DNA of 64,000 bases from Gemmatimonadaceae bacterium (GCA_051859245.1 JBHYGA010000001.1:960001-1024000); one strand, 5' to 3'. Numbered from the stretch's first letter, positions 40,886 to 51,154 are shown. Notes: generated by a model not told the origin, from the sequence alone. Numbers and translations: made by a program.

Positions 40886-42004
40886 CTGTTTCGGCGCCCC
40901 CAACTCCCTCGCCAACGTCGCCAACATCCGGTCGGCCAGCGGTGCCGGAATCGGTTCGTAACCAAGCTCACGCGCGATCTGATCACCACTGTGCAGCGCC
41001 CACTCGGCGAACCGTTGCACAGACTGCGTTTTTGTCGGGCCAATATGATCAGGCGCGACCAGCATCCAGGTGAACGACGAAATCGGATAGGCACGATCGC
41101 CAGGTGCATTCACAATTGAGAGCCGCAGGTCGAGCGGTTCATTGGCGATCGCGAGTGCACTGGTTGCGGCGGCGGCCATTTCGAATGCTGCCGGCGCAAC
41201 GAAGTTGCCCGCGGCGTTTCGCACCAGCGCGACTGGCAAACGGTTTTGTCGTGCGTACGACGATTCCACATATCCGATCGCGCCAAGCGTTTGCTTGACC
41301 TGTCCGGCTACTCCTTCATTGCCCTGACCGCCTGTGCCAACGGGCCACTGGACATCCTTGCCGCGACCAGGACCGGCGGCCCAATCCGCGCTCACGGCGA
41401 AGAGATAGTCAGAGAAAATGTACGACGTTCCACTGCCATCGGATCGGCGCACCACCTGCACGTCGCGATCGGGCAGCACTGCATCTGGATTGAGCGCGGC
41501 AAGTCGCGGATCATTCCATCGTGTTAACCGACCGAGAAAAACTTCGGCCAGAATCTCTGAAGACACACGGAGCGGTCGTTCGAGTTCTGGAAGGTTGTAC
41601 GTGATCGCAACCGCGCCGAGCACGGTTGGAATGTGCACCACCCGCGCGGTGGGGACGCGTGCAATTTCCTCGTTGCTCAATGGCGCATCGCTGGCCGCAA
41701 AGTCAACGGTGCCCGCGATGAGCCGATCAATGCCACCGCTCGATCCGATAGACTCATAGTTCACGCGCACGCCGGTTTGTGTGGCATACGTGTTGAACCA
41801 GCGTGCGTACAGCGGATACGGAAACGTGGCGCCCGCGCCGAGCAGGTCGACGTCACGAGGGGAGACGGGACTCGAATCAGTGCTTACAGCACCGTCACGC
41901 GTCGCGCCGTCACGCGACGCGCTATCACACCCCGTTGCCGCACCCAGCAACGCGACCACGGCAAGGCGGAGCCATGCCGCCGCACGCCCGTGGCGACGAT
42001 TCAT
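40883..42004 (-). CDS. pstS: Second phosphate-binding protein (E. coli-like GAGAT type), lipoprotein
   Basis: Lipobox ATGC, GAGATFPYP, GSSGG, RSDGSGTS, GNEGVA, YPISSFTW. Confidence 0.92.
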   Translation of the reverse strand: MNRRHGRAAAWLRLAVVALLGAATGCDSASRDGATRDGAVSTDSSPVSPRDVDLLGAGATFPYPLYARWFNTYATQTGVRVNYESIGSSGGIDRLIAGTVDFAASDAPLSNEEIARVPTARVVHIPTVLGAVAITYNLPELERPLRVSSEILAEVFLGRLTRWNDPRLAALNPDAVLPDRDVQVVRRSDGSGTSYIFSDYLFAVSADWAAGPGRGKDVQWPVGTGGQGNEGVAGQVKQTLGAIGYVESSYARQNRLPVALVRNAAGNFVAPAAFEMAAAATSALAIANEPLDLRLSIVNAPGDRAYPISSFTWMLVAPDHIGPTKTQSVQRFAEWALHSGDQIARELGYEPIPAPLADRMLATLARELGAPKQ

Positions 42005-42009
42005 GAATG

Positions 42010-42768
42010 TCACAGCTCGTTTGAAAAACTCATGAGCTTGAACGTACCGTTGCGCTCGACAATGTGCGACGTGAGCCACAAGGTATCGGTCACTGACTTG
42101 CCGCGGCGGATGATGCCGCATGGACCATGCACGCGGTTCTGACCGAGCACCCTCGGTTCGCGACTGCAGGCCGTGCCAGCTACCGTCGAGTCCGCACCGC
42201 GTGCGCGCTCGAGCGCGCGCGCTAGTCCGCGTCCGCCGTTGTTCGCGAGCAGCAGCCATGAGACGTGCGGCTGCATGCCGTTGGCCGGTTCATCGCTCTC
42301 GGGAAAGTAGAGATACGCAAACTCCGCCTTGCTGAGCACCAACGGCGAGAGCGCGAGCGAATCGCTGCGTACGAGCGTGCTCCAATAGCGACGCAGTAGC
42401 GCATCCACCGATGTCGCACCATCCGCGAGTGCTGTGACGGCCACACCACCGGCTTCGGCCTGAAAGCGACGCAAAGCCTCTTCCGGCGGATAGATGCTGT
42501 CGATGACGTATCCCGGTGTTTTGAGCAACGAGTCGCGCGAAGCGATCAGCGCTCCGTCCGACTGCCATTCTACCATTGCGGGATCAATACCGGCGGGAAT
42601 CGGTTGACGCACGGCGCCGGAATCAAGCGGGGTCGTGTCGTTGGCCATGGCCGCCGCTCGGCGCGCGTCGTCGCTCGAATTCCCGCAGGCGGCCAGCGTG
42701 ATCAAGGACAACGCTACGAACGCACGCACGGTGTGTCGCGCTCGCGTTTCAAAGTGATGCACGTGCAT
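42010..42768 (-). CDS. Hypothetical lipoprotein
   Basis: Lipobox LAAC; about 252 aa; stop 5 nt before the pstS2 start; no recognised domain. Confidence 0.65.
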   Translation of the reverse strand: MHVHHFETRARHTVRAFVALSLITLAACGNSSDDARRAAAMANDTTPLDSGAVRQPIPAGIDPAMVEWQSDGALIASRDSLLKTPGYVIDSIYPPEEALRRFQAEAGGVAVTALADGATSVDALLRRYWSTLVRSDSLALSPLVLSKAEFAYLYFPESDEPANGMQPHVSWLLLANNGGRGLARALERARGADSTVAGTACSREPRVLGQNRVHGPCGIIRRGKSVTDTLWLTSHIVERNGTFKLMSFSNEL

Positions 42769-42784
42769 GATCGTCGAGGTGCAT

Positions 42785-42830
42785 AAAAGGAAACGGGGGC
42801 CGGATCCGCACGTTGCGAATCCGGCCCCCG
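42785..42830 (-). terminator. Terminator or attenuating hairpin after the large lipoprotein gene
   Basis: CGGGGGCCGGAT...ATCCGGCCCCCG stem followed by TTTCCTTTT on the minus strand. Confidence 0.8.
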
Positions 42831-42845
42831 AAAAGATAGTGCGAT

Positions 42846-44603
42846 TTAGTTGCGGTAGTACGTCGTCCAGCCAGCGTACCAAGGCGTCGTGGAGGCAGGA
42901 TCAACCGCTCCCACATACGTGGTGCCGGCCATGGTGCCACCAAAGTAGTTCGTCACCCGCGTTGGAATACGGCCGGGCAGCGTCGCGCCGGTGCCGCCCG
43001 TGGCGAGAATCGAACCAGCCGCCGGACGCCAGTCGAAAGCGAAGTTGTTGGCAACCGTTGTGGCAGCAGCCGGGACGTTCACGAAGAGTGTGTTCGTTGC
43101 GGCGGTGCTTGAACGCATGCCGTTGTTCGCAAACTTGTCCGCGGTGCCGAAGCGATTCGTCGCGCCAGCCGCATCGTAGTCACGCGGGTTGTCCGCAAGC
43201 ACCAGATTGCGAATGTTGAGCGAGTCTTCCGTGATACGGGTGTTCGTTTCCGGATCGAAGATGGAGAACGCCGCTTCCGGCCAGCGTGCCAGCACGCCGT
43301 TCATCCAGACACCACCCGTACCGCGGCGCAGGTTTGCACCAAGGCCACCGTCGCCGACCGGACGCACTGGCAACACACCAGCTCCCGGTCCAACAATCGT
43401 GAAGTTCGCAAAGACCGGCATGTTGTACGGCGTGGAGTTGAATCCCTGCGCACAGCTGCCCGACGTCGAGCCGCAACCGTCCACTTCAAAACCACTCTGT
43501 TCAGCCGAGAGCGAGCCCGGGTTACCCGGACGCGGACTGACGCGAGGTCCCGTCTGCAAGGCGATCAGGAACTGGTGACGGCCGCGGTGTCCTTCTGCGG
43601 CGTCGAAGTGGTCGTCGCCAGACTCGTACGACACGAGATTGCGGCTGTCCACGGTACCGCCGAACCATTCGAACATGTCATCCAGACCACGAACAGCCTG
43701 CAGGAACTCCATGCGTGTGCCGCGACCTACTGCATACATCGAGAACGCGTTGAGCTCAACGTTCAGGATTGCCGCAGCGCCCGCAAACTCTACGCGGATG
43801 TAGCGATAGTCACCTGAGTTATCTGCATCGTTCGTACCGCCGTTCCAGCTGATCGTGTCCGCCGGAGCCGGTCCTTCAACCAAGGTGCGTCCCGTGCGGT
43901 TCGACGTCGCCTGGCCAACGATGATCAAGCCGCCCCAGTCACCCGGAGCGCGCTGTCCTTCCGCCGCCGCTGACGTCATCACAATCGGAGCGGCAGCCGT
44001 GCCGACCGCGTTGATGCGCGCGCCACGAAGCACGATCAGCGCAGTGACCGCTGGCGCCTGACCTGCCGTGATCGGCGCGCCAATGATGCGCGTTCCCGGA
44101 GCGATCGTCAGCGTGGCGCCATTGGCAACCGAGATGATGCGCGTAAGCTGATAGATATTATCTGCGGTCCAGTTGGTGTTCGTGGTGATGTCCGCCGTCA
44201 CCTGCACAGTGGTGCGACTGGCCGAACGCACCGTGGCTTCAGCGGAGAATGGACCCTGCTCGGTGTTGCGCAGTGCGCGCACGCGAAACCGGTAATCTGT
44301 TTCCGGCGCAAGCCCAGTCACCACAAGTTCAGGAGTCGTTGCAGTGCCCGCCGCAGCGAACGCGCCGGCTGCGCCAGTCGCGCGCTCAACTTCGTATGAC
44401 GTTGCACCAGTGACTGCAGTCCACGTTACGCGAATGCTGGTGGGCGAGGGGGAAGTACCAGCAACGCCGGTCGGTGCAACGAGCGCTGGCGGCGGCGGCG
44501 TAACGCCGCCACCATCATCATCATCATCGCCGCAGGCAGCGACCGCAAGCAGACTGGCGAGGGCGCTGACTTTCAGCAACCGACGAGTCAGTGAGTAAGA
44601 CAT
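42846..44603 (-). CDS. Large surface lipoprotein (FN3 domain plus probable beta-helix), partner of the TonB receptor
   Basis: Lipobox VAAC followed by GDDDDD; FN3 (SIRVTW..Y.VER..GLAPETDYRFRVRA); GATLTIAPGT, GDWGGLII, YIRVEFAG, DDMFEWFGGTV. Confidence 0.75.
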   Translation of the reverse strand: MSYSLTRRLLKVSALASLLAVAACGDDDDDGGGVTPPPPALVAPTGVAGTSPSPTSIRVTWTAVTGATSYEVERATGAAGAFAAAGTATTPELVVTGLAPETDYRFRVRALRNTEQGPFSAEATVRSASRTTVQVTADITTNTNWTADNIYQLTRIISVANGATLTIAPGTRIIGAPITAGQAPAVTALIVLRGARINAVGTAAAPIVMTSAAAEGQRAPGDWGGLIIVGQATSNRTGRTLVEGPAPADTISWNGGTNDADNSGDYRYIRVEFAGAAAILNVELNAFSMYAVGRGTRMEFLQAVRGLDDMFEWFGGTVDSRNLVSYESGDDHFDAAEGHRGRHQFLIALQTGPRVSPRPGNPGSLSAEQSGFEVDGCGSTSGSCAQGFNSTPYNMPVFANFTIVGPGAGVLPVRPVGDGGLGANLRRGTGGVWMNGVLARWPEAAFSIFDPETNTRITEDSLNIRNLVLADNPRDYDAAGATNRFGTADKFANNGMRSSTAATNTLFVNVPAAATTVANNFAFDWRPAAGSILATGGTGATLPGRIPTRVTNYFGGTMAGTTYVGAVDPASTTPWYAGWTTYYRN

Positions 44604-44674
44604 GAGCATCCTGTGCGTAGAAGTGAAAAGGGGATGGGGAGTACATCCCCATCCCCTCAGACTACCGTCACACT

Positions 44675-44712
44675 GTCATGCTCCGGCGACTTCTGTGTCA
44701 CGAACCGGTCAC
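44675..44712. promoter_or_regulatory. Pho-box-like repeats between the TonB receptor and lipoprotein genes
   Basis: GTCA at 44675, 44697 and 44708 (multiples of 11 nt); core TGTCAC-GAACC-GGTCAC. Confidence 0.55.
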
Positions 44713-47528
44713 TGACGCCACTGCACGCCAACAGCGAGGTTACGTCCAAGACGATACGATTCGCGCGTCACGGGCCCCTGCGTCAGCTTGAACGGCGAAT
44801 CGATCAGGTTGCGTGCATCCATGCGCCACGTCCAGCGATCACCAATCGGCAGACGCAGCGACAGGTCAATCAAGTGTCGCGGCTGTTCGTACACGTCGGG
44901 GAAGGGGATGGTGCCCGCGCTGTAAATGCGCTCACCGACCGCTGAGTACAGCAGTGTGGCCGAGAGTCCGTTCGCGCGACCTGTATATGTGGCGCCTGCG
45001 TTGACCACCCATGGGGCCTGACCCATCATCGGGCGATTCGCATTGGTGTTTGACGACGCATCACTACCGACTTCGATATCACTGCGCATCAGCGTGACGT
45101 TAGAGAACAGCGCGAGCGGTTCAAGAAATTCCGCGATGCCACCAAGTCCCTTTCGTGCTTCGAGTTCCACACCAACGTTGTTCGCGGCGGCGGCGTTGAA
45201 GAACGACACAAACGGCTGACCACCCGTGGAGAGGTCGATGCGCTCGATGGGCTTGTCAAAGCGCTTGACGAACGCACCGATGCTGAGCACTTCGCCAGCG
45301 TTCGGGAAGAGTTCGTACTTTACATCGTAGCTCTGAATAAGTGTGCGTACGAGATCCGCGTTGCCACGCGTGATCTGTCCGCCCACCACTTCGAGGTACT
45401 GCACCGGCGAAAGCTCACGGTACTCCGGACGCGCGAGCGTCTGTGACGCCGAGAGACGCAGCTGGCCGATTTCCCCAGTCTTCACGTTCAGCACAACGGC
45501 AGGCAGCACGTCGGTGTTGTCGAGGCCCGAGTTGAAAAAGTTACCGTTTGAAAGCGACGTGTTGACATCAATCACCGCGTTTTCAATGCGCGCGCCGCCA
45601 ATGAGCTTGACGCGCGATCCGAGCGGCACTTCGGTCATCAGGTAGCCGGCGGTCACTCGCTCCGTCGCGTTGTATACGCCGTCTTCGGCCACGTTGATGA
45701 TGTTGAACACGTTGTCTTCACCGTTGGTGAAGCGACCGTCGAACAGCTCTTCCGCCGGACGCGAACGGTCTGCCGTGGGCACAAACGTCGACACAATGCT
45801 GAACTGACGGTTTACCGCGTCACGGTCGGTGCTGCGATAGGTGGCACCGAGCTTGATGACTGGTGCGTCAACACCGCTTCGGAGTGCGAGCTTGTAGTTG
45901 CTGCCAAAGCTCCAGTTGTTCTCACGCAGGTCACCGAACGTGCGGCGCGCGACGTCGGGGTTGCCGTCGCTCCAGGAGAAGGCGTCTTCGTTGCCGAACT
46001 GTGCGTACACGAGATCCGAGCGATCAGGTTCCTTGCGGATCACGCCGGCGGTTGATGCCGTCCAGTCGAGATTCTGACGCGCGCCCAGGGTGTGCTCACC
46101 CTTGAGCTGCGTGCTGCGAATCGCGCGCTCCACGTACCGCAGCGTCTGCCGTTCGATTGTGGCGAGTGAGAACGAGAATGACTCGCCGGCAGTGCGACGG
46201 GCTTCGCTGTCTGCACTGCGCGTGTACGTATTGTTGAGCGAAATGCGCGTGTTCGGTGTGATCAGGCTGCTGAGATTGAACATGCCGCCCCACGACACAC
46301 CGCGGCTGCTGCCCTGTCCCGTCCACGATTCAAGCACCTGCGGCACGCCGTCACGCTGAATCGGATTGGCCTGATAATCGTCTTCACGAATGTCTTGCGT
46401 TGCCGAGTACGTGAGCGAGGCGAGGTAGCCGACGCGCAAACCAAACATCGGATCCTGTCCGCCAACGGACACACCGAACGATCCGTTCGGCAGTCCGGTC
46501 TGCTGCAGTGGTGACCAGGTGTTACGCAGCGAGTTGATCGCGCCGTTGATCTGCGGACGCGTGGTGAGCTGACCAACGGACGACGCCGAGGCGAGTTCAG
46601 AGGGGAGTGGACGAGCGCTAGCGCCAAATCCGAACCACTCACCGCTGGCGCGTGGTGCCGCCTGAATCGAACGGCCGGTCGCGAGCTCATTCCCACCAAG
46701 TGAGGCCGAGAAGGTCACCGCACGACGCGCCGGAAACTCGCGCGTCTGAATGTCCACCGACGCGCCCGAAAAATCGCCGGAGAGGTCGGGCGTGAATGTT
46801 TTGCTCACATTGATCGCCTGCAACAGGCCCGACGGAAACATGTCGAGCGGCACGAAACGCTTTTCCGGTTCCGGGCTCGGCAGTCGTGTGCCGTTGAGAT
46901 TGGTCACGGTGTAGCGCTCTCCCAGGCCGCGCACAAACACGCTGCGACCATCTTGCACCGTGACGCCGCTGACACGCTGAATCGCTTTGGCAGCGTCACC
47001 GTCGGGGCTCTTTGCGATCTGCTCGGCCGTCACGGCATTCACAATGCCCGTGGCCGTGCGCTGTGCATCAAGCGCGGCGTTCACCGTGCCACGTTCCGCC
47101 GCGGCGGACACGGTAACAGCCGTGAGTTCGAGATTGGCGGCCGACATGGACACATTCTGCTCAAGCGCTGAACCCGCCTGCAGCATGATGCCCGTGACAG
47201 TTTTTTGTGCGTATCCGATGCGACGGAACTGCAGAGTGACTGTGCCCGCCGGAACGCGTGCGATAGTGTAACTGCCATCAACACCGGTCATGGCGCCAAT
47301 CGTGGTGCCAACCAACTGCACGCCAACACCAGCAACCGGCTGGCCCGACTCTGCATCAATCACGCGACCAGCAATGCGACCAACTTGCGCCGCGTCTTGC
47401 GCCGCAGCGGTTGACGCGATTGCGGCAGTTACAATAAGTGCAGCACCTACATGTATTGTCACAGCCTGTGCGCTGCCGACAAAAGCGCGCAACAGAACGG
47501 TGGACACAGCACGACGAGAAATCCGCAT
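44709..47528 (-). CDS. TonB-dependent outer membrane receptor
   Basis: Carboxypeptidase-regulatory-like N-domain; plug RVSGVT..VFVRGLGERY..VPLDMFP..SKTFTPD; RPEYREL, GNADL. Confidence 0.9.
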   Translation of the reverse strand: MRISRRAVSTVLLRAFVGSAQAVTIHVGAALIVTAAIASTAAAQDAAQVGRIAGRVIDAESGQPVAGVGVQLVGTTIGAMTGVDGSYTIARVPAGTVTLQFRRIGYAQKTVTGIMLQAGSALEQNVSMSAANLELTAVTVSAAAERGTVNAALDAQRTATGIVNAVTAEQIAKSPDGDAAKAIQRVSGVTVQDGRSVFVRGLGERYTVTNLNGTRLPSPEPEKRFVPLDMFPSGLLQAINVSKTFTPDLSGDFSGASVDIQTREFPARRAVTFSASLGGNELATGRSIQAAPRASGEWFGFGASARPLPSELASASSVGQLTTRPQINGAINSLRNTWSPLQQTGLPNGSFGVSVGGQDPMFGLRVGYLASLTYSATQDIREDDYQANPIQRDGVPQVLESWTGQGSSRGVSWGGMFNLSSLITPNTRISLNNTYTRSADSEARRTAGESFSFSLATIERQTLRYVERAIRSTQLKGEHTLGARQNLDWTASTAGVIRKEPDRSDLVYAQFGNEDAFSWSDGNPDVARRTFGDLRENNWSFGSNYKLALRSGVDAPVIKLGATYRSTDRDAVNRQFSIVSTFVPTADRSRPAEELFDGRFTNGEDNVFNIINVAEDGVYNATERVTAGYLMTEVPLGSRVKLIGGARIENAVIDVNTSLSNGNFFNSGLDNTDVLPAVVLNVKTGEIGQLRLSASQTLARPEYRELSPVQYLEVVGGQITRGNADLVRTLIQSYDVKYELFPNAGEVLSIGAFVKRFDKPIERIDLSTGGQPFVSFFNAAAANNVGVELEARKGLGGIAEFLEPLALFSNVTLMRSDIEVGSDASSNTNANRPMMGQAPWVVNAGATYTGRANGLSATLLYSAVGERIYSAGTIPFPDVYEQPRHLIDLSLRLPIGDRWTWRMDARNLIDSPFKLTQGPVTRESYRLGRNLAVGVQWRQ

Positions 47529-47689
47529 AGGGCAGTCCTGGAAAAGTGGCCCGAGCCTGCCATCAGGTTCCTGTGGCAGATGCGAACAATCTCCGTGACG
47601 CGGGTTTCGGATCGTCCACGGATCTGCAACGATTGTGTCACGGAACACAGGGTCCGGACTCGTTCGACACGTGGTGCCTTGGCCCTACA

Positions 47690-47922
47690 TGCTGTTCCGA
47701 TTCGGTCATTCGGCCCAGCAGCGGGAGCCCACGGCCATTTGGCCTTTCGGCCTCGCAGTTTCGTACGACGGCACGAAGCACTCAAGCTGATATCGGCGTT
47801 GGCGTCGATGGCACACAGGGGTTCGTGCGTTCTATGCAACCTTTCGAAACGGTGAGGCCGAAAGGCCAAATGGCCGTGGGCTCCCGCTACTGGGCCGAAT
47901 GACCGAATCAGGAACTGCAACT
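47690..47922. repeat. Long palindromic element, copy 2 (REPIN/MITE-like, about 230 bp)
   Basis: Nearly perfect inverted arms of about 60 bp; homologous to 40636-40885. Confidence 0.85.
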
Positions 47923-47997
47923 GATCGCAACGAATGCTTGAGAAATTTCGGTGTATATAGTTGCACGTTGGCTCAGACCGTTGCACCTTGGCCAGCG

Positions 47998-48879
47998 ATG
48001 AAAAATCCACCCTCTTCCCGCCGCCATTCGCACGCCGATCCGAGTCGCGCTCGACTCGTTTCGGTTCCCAGCGCTCCGCCAGGCCCCGAGCTCGCCACGG
48101 ATCTGGACGCGGCGCTGACGAACGCCGCGCAGATGCTGCGATCGTCAGAAGTGGTCACGGTCCTGACGGGTGCGGGCGTGTCGGCTGAGAGTGGAATCCC
48201 GACGTTCCGGGATGCGCTCACCGGATGGTGGGCGCAGTTCCGTCCGGAGGAGCTTGCGACCCCCGAGGCCTTTGCGACCGATCCGGCGCGGGTTTGGGGC
48301 TGGTACGCGGCGCGTCGGGCCTCCGTGCGGCGAGCCAAACCGAATCCGGCGCATGAGGCGCTCGCGTACCTCGCCCGTCGGGTCGGTCGCTGCACGCTGC
48401 TTACGCAGAATGTGGACGGACTACACGAGCAGGCCGGCCACGAGGACGTCGTGTCGCTGCATGGCAGCCTCATGCGGGTTCGGTGCAGCGCGGATTGTTC
48501 TCCCGCCTTTGAAGCTCCAGAGTCCATGGACGCCACCGCCGACGCAAATGGACCCATCGCGCCACCGGTTTGCAGCAAGTGCGGCGCGCCACTTCGACCG
48601 GACGTGGTGTGGTTCGGTGAGCCACTGCCGGAGGCCGCGCTCACCAAGGCTCGGTCCGCCACATTCGCGTGCGATGTGTTTCTGTCGGTGGGCACCTCCA
48701 ATATGGTAGAGCCGGCGGCTTCGCTTCCCTGGCTCGCAGCCTCGCACGGTGCGACTGTGCTCGTGATCAATCCCACCATGCAGGGCCAGCGCAACGGTCC
48801 GTCCATTGTGCCGCTCATGGGGAATGCGGCGTCGCTGCTGCCACGATTGATCGCGCGGGCGTGGCCGGCCAAGCGTTAG
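47998..48879 (+). CDS. cobB: NAD-dependent sirtuin deacylase (start uncertain)
   Basis: TGAGVSAESGIPTFR, WYAARR, TQNVDGLH, LHGS, Cys pairs, RPDVVWFGE, VGTS. Confidence 0.9.
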   Translation: MKNPPSSRRHSHADPSRARLVSVPSAPPGPELATDLDAALTNAAQMLRSSEVVTVLTGAGVSAESGIPTFRDALTGWWAQFRPEELATPEAFATDPARVWGWYAARRASVRRAKPNPAHEALAYLARRVGRCTLLTQNVDGLHEQAGHEDVVSLHGSLMRVRCSADCSPAFEAPESMDATADANGPIAPPVCSKCGAPLRPDVVWFGEPLPEAALTKARSATFACDVFLSVGTSNMVEPAASLPWLAASHGATVLVINPTMQGQRNGPSIVPLMGNAASLLPRLIARAWPAKR

Positions 48880-48942
48880 CGGCCAGCGCGTAGCGCCTAC
48901 CGTGCGATAATGCGCGCGCCAAGCGCTGCGCATGTCGCCAGG

Positions 48943-50349
48943 TCAGGCGATGTCAGATTCCGGTGGCGCGTTCGGAAAGAGCGCCGCGATCGTGGTGCCG
49001 GCACCCAGCACACTCTCCGCGCGCACACGCCCGCCGTGTGCCTCGACTAAATGTCGTACAATGGCCAGGCCGAGTCCGGTACCACCGGCATCGCGGGCAC
49101 GTCCTGGATCGGCTCGATAGAAGCGCTCGAAAATTCTCGGCAGATGTGCTTCGGCAATGCCGGATCCCGTGTCACGGACACCGAGCCACACACCCTCTTC
49201 TGAACGCTCTGAGAAGATTGTCACGCGGCCCTGTGCCGTGTGTCGCAGGGCATTCTGTGTGAGGTTCGACAACACCTGTCGAACCGCTGTTGGATCCGCG
49301 TAGACACGACCGGCCTGCTCGGCCAGCTGCGCTTCGATGCATACGCCTTTGCTTGCCGCCTGATCTTGCAGTGGCGCGAGGATCTCGTTGGTCACTGCGC
49401 GCAGCTCAAGATCGCCGGGTTTGGGCAACCAGCCGCCAGACTCAATGCGCGACAGATCGAGCAGATCATCAACAATGCGCTGCATGCGGCGCACGTTGGA
49501 TGCCGTCATGCCCACAAACTGCCGTCGCAAATCGGGCGGCAGCTCTTCGTCGGCCAGCGTTTCCACGAATCCGGTGATTACCGTGAGCGGTGTGCGCAGC
49601 TCATGCGACACGTTCGCCACAAAATCGCGGCGCACGGCCTCAAGTTTACGAAATGGCGTAAGGTCATACAGCGCGAGAATCGCGCCGCCATCGGGCAACG
49701 GCCGTGCCGTGAGTGACAGCGTGCGATCATCCACGCGCACTTCCGATGGTGTGGCCACTTCACCACGCAAGACATCGGCGAGTGCGTCGCGCATGGTGCG
49801 ATCGCGCGGCAGGTAGTCGGCCGGGAAGGGCACCGGTTCCCGCAGTCGCAGAATCTGTCGAGCCGTTTCATTGATACGTACAACACGCTGACGCGCATCA
49901 ACCGCAATCACACCTTCATTCAACGACTCGGTGAGTGCGACGAGCAAGGCTTCTTCCGCCCGCAGCGCGCCCATGCGCGACGTGGATTGTTCGGCGAGTC
50001 TGCGCAGCGCTTCGGCCAGTTCGCCAACCTCTCCGGACCCGCGCAGACTTGGGCGACGCGTCATATCCCCATCGGCAAGCGCACGCGCTACGCTGCGCAA
50101 GTCTTCAACGGGGCGGGCAATGGAACGCGCGACGAACACACTTCCTGCCATGCCAAGTGCGAGCGCGGCCAAGCCGGTGAGCCAGAGGTTGCGCTGCACC
50201 TCTGATTCAATCGCGGAGACGCGTGCGTCCTCAACGCCAGCGGCGCGCAGCCGAATGCTGACGGAGCGCTGTGTGACGGTTCCCACCACGAGAATCGCGA
50301 CGGCAAGTCCGACCGTCGCGGAGAGGACCAAACGCTGCGTCAGTTTCAC
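48943..50349 (-). CDS. phoR: HAMP-PAS histidine kinase, PhoR-like
   Basis: RRDFVANVSHELRTPLT, IFERFYR.D..R.R..GGTGLGLAIV; downstream of phoB. Confidence 0.85.
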   Translation of the reverse strand: MKLTQRLVLSATVGLAVAILVVGTVTQRSVSIRLRAAGVEDARVSAIESEVQRNLWLTGLAALALGMAGSVFVARSIARPVEDLRSVARALADGDMTRRPSLRGSGEVGELAEALRRLAEQSTSRMGALRAEEALLVALTESLNEGVIAVDARQRVVRINETARQILRLREPVPFPADYLPRDRTMRDALADVLRGEVATPSEVRVDDRTLSLTARPLPDGGAILALYDLTPFRKLEAVRRDFVANVSHELRTPLTVITGFVETLADEELPPDLRRQFVGMTASNVRRMQRIVDDLLDLSRIESGGWLPKPGDLELRAVTNEILAPLQDQAASKGVCIEAQLAEQAGRVYADPTAVRQVLSNLTQNALRHTAQGRVTIFSERSEEGVWLGVRDTGSGIAEAHLPRIFERFYRADPGRARDAGGTGLGLAIVRHLVEAHGGRVRAESVLGAGTTIAALFPNAPPESDIA

Positions 50350-50431
50350 ACGCACATAGTGTGTAAAACTGACGCCAGTGGCAACACACAAATCCGCAAC
50401 GGTACGATGACCAGCGGGTTGTCAGCGGCCA

Positions 50432-51154
50432 CTACAGGCCGCGCGATTGTGACGAACGCAGGCGGTAGCCGAAACCGCGCACCGTTTCGATCAGGTCGCC
50501 TGCGGCGCCAAGCTTGGAGCGCAGACGCTGCACGTGCATGTCGACGGTACGCGTTTGAATATCGGGCGCCGCTTCCCACACGGTTTCGAGCAGATGACCA
50601 CGCGCCTGCACCCGTCCGCGGCGTTCGGCCAGCGTGATGAGCAGTTTGTATTCGGTGGGCGTCAGCTCAACGGCCTGATCGTCTACGTGCACCGTGAGCG
50701 CGGAGCGGTCGATTTTCATCGGACCGATCGCGAGCACGTCCGAGCTCGACGTTTTGGGCTGCGCAAGACGACGCAGAATGGCCGCCACGCGGAGCACCAG
50801 CTCCTGCGGCGAGAACGGCTTGGTGAGATAGTCGTCAGCACCCAGCGACAGGCCGCGAATGCGATCCACTTCTTCGCGACGCGCGGTGAGCATCAACACG
50901 GCCACTTCCCGGGTTGATTCCTCCGAGCGCAGAATCTCGAGCACTTCAAACCCAGACATGCCGGGGAGCATCAGGTCGAGCACCACGAGCGCTGGACGTT
51001 CGCGACGGGCAATATCGATGGCATCCTGACCGGACGCCGCCGTGGCTACGCGATATCCTGCTTTGGCGAGGTGATAGGCCACCAGCGCAACAATTTCCGG
51101 CTCGTCGTCGACCACCAACACGCGATCCGTGACCGCTGGCGCGACGGCGTTCAT
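50432..51154 (-). CDS. phoB: OmpR-family response regulator, PhoB-like
   Basis: VVDDE, LDLMLPG, GADDYLTKPFSPQEL, LTPTEY, TRTVDMHVQRLR, IETVRGFGY. Confidence 0.85.
   Translation of the reverse strand: MNAVAPAVTDRVLVVDDEPEIVALVAYHLAKAGYRVATAASGQDAIDIARRERPALVVLDLMLPGMSGFEVLEILRSEESTREVAVLMLTARREEVDRIRGLSLGADDYLTKPFSPQELVLRVAAILRRLAQPKTSSSDVLAIGPMKIDRSALTVHVDDQAVELTPTEYKLLITLAERRGRVQARGHLLETVWEAAPDIQTRTVDMHVQRLRSKLGAAGDLIETVRGFGYRLRSSQSRGL

Noticed and set aside
44513..44527. (GAT)n tract as a phase-variation switch
   Set aside because: In-frame trinucleotide run encoding an acidic linker after the lipobox; slippage would not shift the frame
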